Assembly: GCA_963674945.2 (NCBI GenBank)
Contig: CAXXWQ010000002.1
Span: 576,001 to 640,000, forward strand
Reading direction: 5' to 3'
Source: an uncultured Desulfosarcina sp.
GTDB taxonomy: Bacteria; Desulfobacterota; Desulfobacteria; Desulfobacterales; Desulfosarcinaceae
Length of the DNA: 64,000 nt
Positions within the stretch are counted from its first letter, which is position 1, and every line of letters starts with the position of its first letter. Below, piece by piece: positions 58,488 to 64,000 of the stretch. Under the pieces are notes generated by a model. That model saw nothing but the letters and a program-made list of their open reading frames with translations, was not told the DNA's origin and did not search any database. Position numbers and translations under genes: made by a program.

Positions 58488-58549
58488 AAAATTATATCAT
58501 AATTGTAATTATGCATTGCATTGTTACAAATTCATTGTATGATAGCACC

Positions 58550-59731
58550 ATGAAAACCAAATTCGTACCACGATTGCTTCGGATCCCCAATTATTCTTTT
58601 TTTCTTTTTGGTCCACGCGGTGTAGGGAAAACAACGGTTTTACGTAAGGTTTTGCCTGATGCCATTTTTTTTGATTTGCTTGAATCTTCATTGTATCTTG
58701 AATTATCACAAAATCCCGAAAACATAGAGGCCCTTATCGGAGATGCCGATAAGGGCGACTGGATCGTCATTGATGAAATTCAAAAAGTTCCTACCCTTTT
58801 GGATGAGGTTCACCGTTTAATTGAAAATAGAGACTGGAATTTTGCCCTATGCGGGTCATCAGCCAGAAAACTTCGGCAAGGTGGTGTGAATCTTTTGGCA
58901 GGTCGTGCCGTTACTCGAAACCTTGACGCATTTTCATTCAAGGAATTGGGCGACGACTTTGACTTAGATTTTTCTTTGGAATGGGGTCTCCTTCCAATAG
59001 TCCAGACCCATCGAAGGAATCCTTCTGATTTTTTAAGCGCTTACGTAGATACCTATCTTAAGGAGGAAATCAAAGAAGAGGGGATTGTTCGCCGTTTACC
59101 GCCCTTTTTACGATTTTTAAATATTGCCGGACAACTTAATGGTCAAATAGTAAATGCACAAAATATTGCCAGAGAGGCAAGCATACCCAGGAGTACGGTT
59201 GATGTTTATTTTTCCATTTTAGAAGATACGCTGCTGGGACACTTTCTGCCGGCCTATCGACCGGGTTTAAAAGTGCGAGAGCAGGCGCATCCAAAATTTT
59301 TTTGGTTCGATTCCGGGGTTTCTAGAGCGGCCTCAGGCCTTCTATTTGATCCGGTAGACCGCATTTGGAAAGGATCAAGCCTGGAGACACTGATTCTGCA
59401 CGAACTGAAAGTATACAACCATACGCAAGAAAAACATCGGGACATTTATTATTACAGAACAGGCAGTGGTGTTGAAATTGATTTTATAATTGAAACGCAA
59501 AAACGTCAGCAAACAAACCACCCACATGTGGTATGCATGGAAGTCAAACTGGCGGAAAAATGGGATCGACGGTGGGAGAAACCGATGCGTTCATTCAATG
59601 AAAATAAAAAAATTCACGTAGAACGGATGATTGGTGTTTATACGGGGTCCAGAAGTTATCATTTTGATGGCATAGATGTCCTGCCGGTTGATGCTTTCCT
59701 GAAGCAACTGCATTCAGGTAAAGTGTTTTAG
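58550..59731 (+). CDS. AAA+ ATPase with DUF4143-like / PD-(D/E)xK-like C-terminus
   Basis: GPRGVGKTT, IDEIQK, GSSARKL, LLAGRA, PKFFWFDSG, YYR...EIDF...EVK; start set at ATG 58550. Confidence 0.88.
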   Translation: MKTKFVPRLLRIPNYSFFLFGPRGVGKTTVLRKVLPDAIFFDLLESSLYLELSQNPENIEALIGDADKGDWIVIDEIQKVPTLLDEVHRLIENRDWNFALCGSSARKLRQGGVNLLAGRAVTRNLDAFSFKELGDDFDLDFSLEWGLLPIVQTHRRNPSDFLSAYVDTYLKEEIKEEGIVRRLPPFLRFLNIAGQLNGQIVNAQNIAREASIPRSTVDVYFSILEDTLLGHFLPAYRPGLKVREQAHPKFFWFDSGVSRAASGLLFDPVDRIWKGSSLETLILHELKVYNHTQEKHRDIYYYRTGSGVEIDFIIETQKRQQTNHPHVVCMEVKLAEKWDRRWEKPMRSFNENKKIHVERMIGVYTGSRSYHFDGIDVLPVDAFLKQLHSGKVF

Positions 59732-59742
59732 TTTGGTTCCTT

Positions 59743-60108
59743 ATTCGACGTTCAATGTTGGGCGTTCGATGTTCGACGTTCATTCTTTGTTGGCTCCCTG
59801 TTCCCTGCTCCGAGATTTTTCCTATTTAGTGGTTGAAATCACACCCCCATCCAAGATATAGTGCCTGCATTCTAATGTAATCTGAGTGTTTCCCATGTTG
59901 CATTCGTTTAAATGTGTTGCAAAAATAATGAGTTATTTAAATACTATCCGTCCAATTCCATATTCCCGGAAATCACTTTTCTTAAGGCATAGATCCTTGT
60001 TTGCATTTTGACTATTGGGATTTGGAATTTATTTGTAATTTGGTGCTTGTGATTTGGAATTTTATTTATCGATTTGTTCCTAATTCGATGTTGAATGTTC
60101 GACGTTTA
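59743..60108. repeat. Stacked right arms of GAAC- and CAAAT-family heptamer repeats
   Basis: TTCGACG TTCAATG TTGGGCG TTCGATG TTCGACG TTCA (59744-59782); GGGATTT GGAATTT ... GTGATTT GGAATTT (about 60017-60062); TTCGATG TTGAATG TTCGACG (60084). Confidence 0.8.
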
Positions 60109-60165
60109 TTGGTAATTGGCGCCTGTTTTCTGACATCTTATAACTATTTTTTGAGATCTAAATTC

Positions 60166-63147
60166 ATGACTGAAAAACAACCCATCGATTGTCTGTTGAT
60201 TACGGGAATGCACCGAAGCGGTATGTCGGTGTTGTTGGAATGCCTCGATCTTCTCGGCGTGAGTATCGGGAAAAGCAAATCAGGCAAATATTCCGGCAAT
60301 GGCGCACAGACGACTGCCACGAATGAGATCACAACCACACACGACGTCCTGCTCAGAGATCTGGGGTGCAAGTGGGACATGGTCGGGGCCTTGCCCGGAG
60401 ATTGGATGGAGACCCGGGCGGCCAAGAACGCCAGGGAACGTGTCCGAAACATTATCAAGAACAATTTTTCCAAAAATGGACTCTGGGCCGTTGCCGATCC
60501 GCGATTGAGCCGGCTCATGCCCCTATGGCAGTCCGTGCTGCAAGAGATGAATTTGACCCCGGGATTCTTGTTGACCATACGCCACCCCTGGGAAGTCGCG
60601 CAATCATTGAAGAAGAACTGCCGGATGGATATCGGGCATGGCCATCTGCTTTGGCTGGCGCTAAACAAGGAAGCCTTTGATCTGTGCCAATCAAGCCCGT
60701 ACACGGTCACCACATATGACCAGCTGCTTGCAGATCCTTCGGCCATCTTAAACGATATCGCATCCCAGTTCGGTCTGTCCTTTCCGAATCCTCTGCAGAA
60801 ACAGATCTATCAGATATTGGATGTTGTCAGGCCGGAACACAAGCATCACCATCTGAGCGGATTTGACCGATCCGGTGACGATTGGGCATCATTTTCTCCT
60901 TTTTCATGGCTTTATGAACAGATTTCAAGCCATCGATCCGCCTTGAAGCTGCTTGTCCATGAAACCCCTGAGGATGTCGATGCAGATGCCATCACACGTG
61001 AAGCCATGCCGGCCCGTTTGTACCCGACGCCTCTTCCGATTGTCAGCCAGAACGCCGCAGTTCAAAAAGAGTCCAATCAGCAGGGCAACCGTTTATTCTA
61101 CCATTTCCTGCACCTGATCGGACAATATGAGCGTGAGCAACGGGACCTGGAGCTGAAAAAGATGCACCGGATCTTGCGCAGCACACGTGTTGAAGAGACC
61201 CTCTTTGCCAGACTCTGCATCCCATCCGAAGATGAGAACGCAAATGGTTTGAAGACAAGCGCCGAATCCCTTCTGCTAAAAAATGAATGGCAAAAGGTTC
61301 GTTTTTCCATTCCGAAACCAGAGCTGTTGCAAGCATCCAATCTCGAATTTGCTCCCATTAACACAAGGGGCGTCGTTTCCATATCAAAGATGACTCTGAT
61401 CAATGTTGCCACGGATGCGGAATACTGGAACGCATCCACCGAGGAAGGCTTCCAGTCAATCAAATTGAAGGACGCCATTCGGCTGCCCGGAAATGGTGCC
61501 TTCCAGGTAATGACCACAGGTGATAACGCAATACTCTCTTTGCCGGAGTTGCCTGATCTGCCGGATTGTCCGATTGCCTTTCAGGCATGGATAAAGGTGG
61601 ACACCAGCCAGAACATCGTCAACACCGCATGGCAAACCCTCCTGAATGAAAAGGATCAATTGGCAGCCAAGTTGGAAGGAGCCATGGCTGACCAACAGGC
61701 GATTGCAGCGAGGTTGAAAGAAAAAGAGCGTGAACTGGTGGCGGTATCGGAAAATAACGAAGCGAGCCGGTCTGCCTTGAAAAAGGAACGCGATACCCAT
61801 AAAGCCAAATCTGATCAACTTTCCAATGAACTGGAGAAAGTTCGACATGACCTCGATGCGCGAAATGCGGAAAACATTAAAATTCAACAAACTCTGGAAG
61901 AGCAAAGAAAAAAGGTACAATCTTTACAAGACGCATTATCCGAAAAAAACGGGACCAACGAGGCTTTATCCAAAAAGGTTGTAGAAATGGAGGAAGCTAA
62001 AAAAGCCTACACGCAAGCCCTTCGGGAGCGGGAATCGGAGAACGATAGTTACTGGCAGGCGCAAAGACGCCATGTAAAAGAAGTCGCCCTTCTTGAGAAG
62101 AAGGTCGGAGAGTTGGAGCGTGCTCTCGGTGCAGCCAAGGAAAATGTGGGTACTCGATTCAAGGAGCTTTCCATCATTACCCATTTATTGAAGGAACGAG
62201 AAGATGATGTAAACCAAAAAGAGGTCCAGTTGACTTCGCTGAAGAGGCAATTGGACCAGTCTTCCGACGAATTGGCGGCAAAAAACAGGCAACTCAACCA
62301 GTCTTCCGACGAATTGGCGGCAAAAGACAGGCAACTCGATTCATCCAGGGATCAGATCAAACATTTACAGCAGAATTTGGCCGGAATGTCCGCTTCGCTG
62401 AAAACCGCCAATGAGGAAAAGAAACTGCTGCACCGTAAACTTGTGCAACGGGACAAATCCATTCAAGCAAAAGATATCGTGATCGATCTGCAGCGCAAAC
62501 AGATGGAAAAGATCAAGGACTCGGCAACGTGGAAGGTAATGGCACCAGTCCGCGGATTGTCACGTCCCTTTAAAAAGTCCTCTCGAAGAATGGAACCAAT
62601 CGATGAGCAGATCGAGCAGATCCGGCAGTCGGACCTGTTCGATGCGAATTGGTATTTGGAGCAATATCCCGATGTGGCGGAGCATGGTTTGGATCCGGCG
62701 GAACACTATTTTCACTTCGGTGTATCCGAAGGAAGAGATCCCGGACCGGATTTTGATACGATCTGGTACATGAAGACATATCCGGATGTATCGGAAACGG
62801 GATTTAATCCTCTGGTGCATTACGTGAAATATGGAAAGGAAGAGGGGCGGCGTCCCAATGCGGGCAAACCCTTTGATGAACAAATAGGATTGGTAAAACA
62901 GTCTGAATTGTTCGATGCTTCCTGGTATCTGGAGCGATACCCAGATGTGGCAAGTCATAAATTGGATCCGGTGGAACACTATTTTTATTTTGGCGCTTCC
63001 GAAGGCAGGAATCCCGGACCGAATTTTAACACAGCCTGGTATGTGAAAACCTATCCGGACGTATCGGAGGCGGGGATGAATCCGTTGGTGCACTACTTGA
63101 CATTTGGGGAAAAGGAAGGGCGGAAGATTCAGCCGAACCAAAAATAA
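60166..63147 (+). CDS. Sulfotransferase-like domain + long coiled coil + C-terminal YPDV repeats
   Basis: LITGMHRSGMS, DPR, RHPWEVAQSL; roughly 300-aa heptad region; four FDxxWYxxxYPDV...PxxHY...G..EGR repeats; start ATG 60166. Confidence 0.82.
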   Translation: MTEKQPIDCLLITGMHRSGMSVLLECLDLLGVSIGKSKSGKYSGNGAQTTATNEITTTHDVLLRDLGCKWDMVGALPGDWMETRAAKNARERVRNIIKNNFSKNGLWAVADPRLSRLMPLWQSVLQEMNLTPGFLLTIRHPWEVAQSLKKNCRMDIGHGHLLWLALNKEAFDLCQSSPYTVTTYDQLLADPSAILNDIASQFGLSFPNPLQKQIYQILDVVRPEHKHHHLSGFDRSGDDWASFSPFSWLYEQISSHRSALKLLVHETPEDVDADAITREAMPARLYPTPLPIVSQNAAVQKESNQQGNRLFYHFLHLIGQYEREQRDLELKKMHRILRSTRVEETLFARLCIPSEDENANGLKTSAESLLLKNEWQKVRFSIPKPELLQASNLEFAPINTRGVVSISKMTLINVATDAEYWNASTEEGFQSIKLKDAIRLPGNGAFQVMTTGDNAILSLPELPDLPDCPIAFQAWIKVDTSQNIVNTAWQTLLNEKDQLAAKLEGAMADQQAIAARLKEKERELVAVSENNEASRSALKKERDTHKAKSDQLSNELEKVRHDLDARNAENIKIQQTLEEQRKKVQSLQDALSEKNGTNEALSKKVVEMEEAKKAYTQALRERESENDSYWQAQRRHVKEVALLEKKVGELERALGAAKENVGTRFKELSIITHLLKEREDDVNQKEVQLTSLKRQLDQSSDELAAKNRQLNQSSDELAAKDRQLDSSRDQIKHLQQNLAGMSASLKTANEEKKLLHRKLVQRDKSIQAKDIVIDLQRKQMEKIKDSATWKVMAPVRGLSRPFKKSSRRMEPIDEQIEQIRQSDLFDANWYLEQYPDVAEHGLDPAEHYFHFGVSEGRDPGPDFDTIWYMKTYPDVSETGFNPLVHYVKYGKEEGRRPNAGKPFDEQIGLVKQSELFDASWYLERYPDVASHKLDPVEHYFYFGASEGRNPGPNFNTAWYVKTYPDVSEAGMNPLVHYLTFGEKEGRKIQPNQK

Positions 63148-63171
63148 ATGACACAGAGAGCATAGAGAAAG

Positions 63172-63630
63172 ATGACTTCCAAATACGAAAATGAAATAAA
63201 AAAAATCGAAGAATCCGGCCTGTTTGACCCCGTTTGGTATCAAGCCGAATACCCCGATACACAATTTCTCAACATGACCCCCATCGAACACTATTTATGG
63301 CTGGGTGCAACATTGGGGCGCAATCCCTCTCCGAAATTCGATGTCGCCTTTTATTTAAAATCCTATCCGGAGGCAGCCAATTCCGGCATTAATCCATTGC
63401 TCTATTTCATTGAAAAGGGAAGGGCAGCAGGACACGAAACGGTTTCACCTGATGAAAAAGAAGAGAAAGAGTCGACTTATAAATCAGTTGATCTCCTTAT
63501 TGAGGAAGAAGAATTAAGGGAAGAAAATGAATTATTATTGCTCCAACTTCATCAGGTCCAGGAGGAACTGGAAACCTATTATCTGAAGTATCAGGAGCTG
63601 AAGAATCGTGTGGAAGAGAAGGAAGGGTGA
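63172..63630 (+). CDS. Small protein with YPD/YPE repeats and coiled-coil tail
   Basis: SGLFDPVWYQAEYPD...PIEHY...GRNPSPKFD..FYL..YP; tail ENELLLLQLHQVQEELETYY. Confidence 0.8.
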   Translation: MTSKYENEIKKIEESGLFDPVWYQAEYPDTQFLNMTPIEHYLWLGATLGRNPSPKFDVAFYLKSYPEAANSGINPLLYFIEKGRAAGHETVSPDEKEEKESTYKSVDLLIEEEELREENELLLLQLHQVQEELETYYLKYQELKNRVEEKEG

Positions 63631-63637
63631 AGAAAGA

Positions 63638-64000
63638 GAACGTCGAACATCGAACGTCCAACATCGAATATCGGATGATGTGGGTGCAAGCATACTGGGA
63701 GAGAATCCAGGAGTCAGGAGTCAGAATTCAGAATGTGGATTCACCTTCGGCTCAATCATAAAAATGAGTTGGGGATCCATACGTTAGAGTGAAACGACCA
63801 CCGGCAAAAAATTTTCAAGACTTGATTGTGTGGCAAAAAGCGCATCAATTTGTTTTGGCTGTGTATCGCTATAGTGAATCGTTCCCTAAGAATGAGATTT
63901 ATGGGTTGACCTCACAATTGAGAAGATCCGCTGTTTCAATCCCAGCGGACATTACAGAAGGCTTCAAGAAAAAGACGAAGCCTGACAAGGCAAGGTTTTT
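63638..64000 (+). mobile_element. Heptamer element, left part, running off the window
   Basis: GAACGTC GAACATC GAACGTC CAACATC GAATATC arm, five-heptamer arm at 63702, motif L, gene start. Confidence 0.85.
63789..64000 (+). CDS. Four-helix-bundle protein, open to the window end
   Basis: GTG start, KRPPAKNFQDLIVWQKAHQFVLAVYRYSESFPKNEIYGLTSQLRRSAVSIPADITEGFKKKTKPDKARF; A6 keeps the frame. Confidence 0.85.
   Translation, partial: MKRPPAKNFQDLIVWQKAHQFVLAVYRYSESFPKNEIYGLTSQLRRSAVSIPADITEGFKKKTKPDKARF

Noticed and set aside
57492..59782. Classical integron cassette array
   Set aside because: No integrase and no clear RYYYAAC...GTTRRRY attC ends; kept only as an analogy.
60001..60165. N-terminal extensions in the ORF track (also serS, ftsZ, ftsI, radical SAM, gmd, yqaA, kpsC, kpsT, kpsE)
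   Set aside because: They run through repeat arms or upstream genes; downstream ATGs fit RBS positions and family N-termini better.
39805..63734. CRISPR array
   Set aside because: The repeats are tandem or inverted short units without regularly sized unique spacers, and no cas genes are present.
44654..64000. Diversity-generating retroelement, suggested by Avd-like genes
   Set aside because: No reverse transcriptase in the window, no template/variable repeat pair, and differences between copies are not adenine-specific.
1..64000. tRNA or rRNA genes, including a 23S rRNA host for the IVS-type protein
   Set aside because: None recognised; the four-helix-bundle genes lie between protein-coding genes.

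Overview
Chromosomal window from a GC-rich bacterium, most likely a Desulfobacterota/deltaproteobacterial sulfate reducer; this placement is inferred from protein types and intergenic repeat style and was not verified. The first 34 kb is housekeeping: serC, hisD, HU, purH split into two genes, an HD protein, the dcw cluster (mraZ to ftsZ, no murB/ddl), a radical SAM gene, a TPR lipoprotein, a LysM protein, thrC, serS, 5-formyl-THF cyclo-ligase, pcm and yqaA. From 34.7 kb to the window end lies a Kps ABC-transporter capsule locus (kdsB/kpsU, kpsMTED, kpsCS, glycosyltransferases, three sulfotransferase-like proteins, gmd, fcl), interrupted by a toxin-antitoxin pair and an AAA ATPase. The most notable signal is non-coding. 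About 20 intergenic gaps, including almost every non-overlapping gene junction in the capsule locus, carry a modular inverted-repeat element. Its parts are a left arm of usually five AG(A/G)ANNC heptamers, a motif L (GGATTCGCCTTCGGCTCA), variable cargo, a complementary motif R (GGAGCGAAGCGAC) and a reverse-complement heptamer arm, expanded to 27 and 40 perfect units at two sites. The cargo is nothing, a nested 9-mer inverted element, or one of five copies of a four-helix-bundle (23S rRNA IVS protein/Avd-like) gene in different states of decay. Other 7-, 8-, 9- and 10-mer repeat families are nested around it. No transposase, integrase or reverse transcriptase is in the window, so how the element spreads and what it does remain hypotheses. 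All coordinates, counts and alignments were done by eye.
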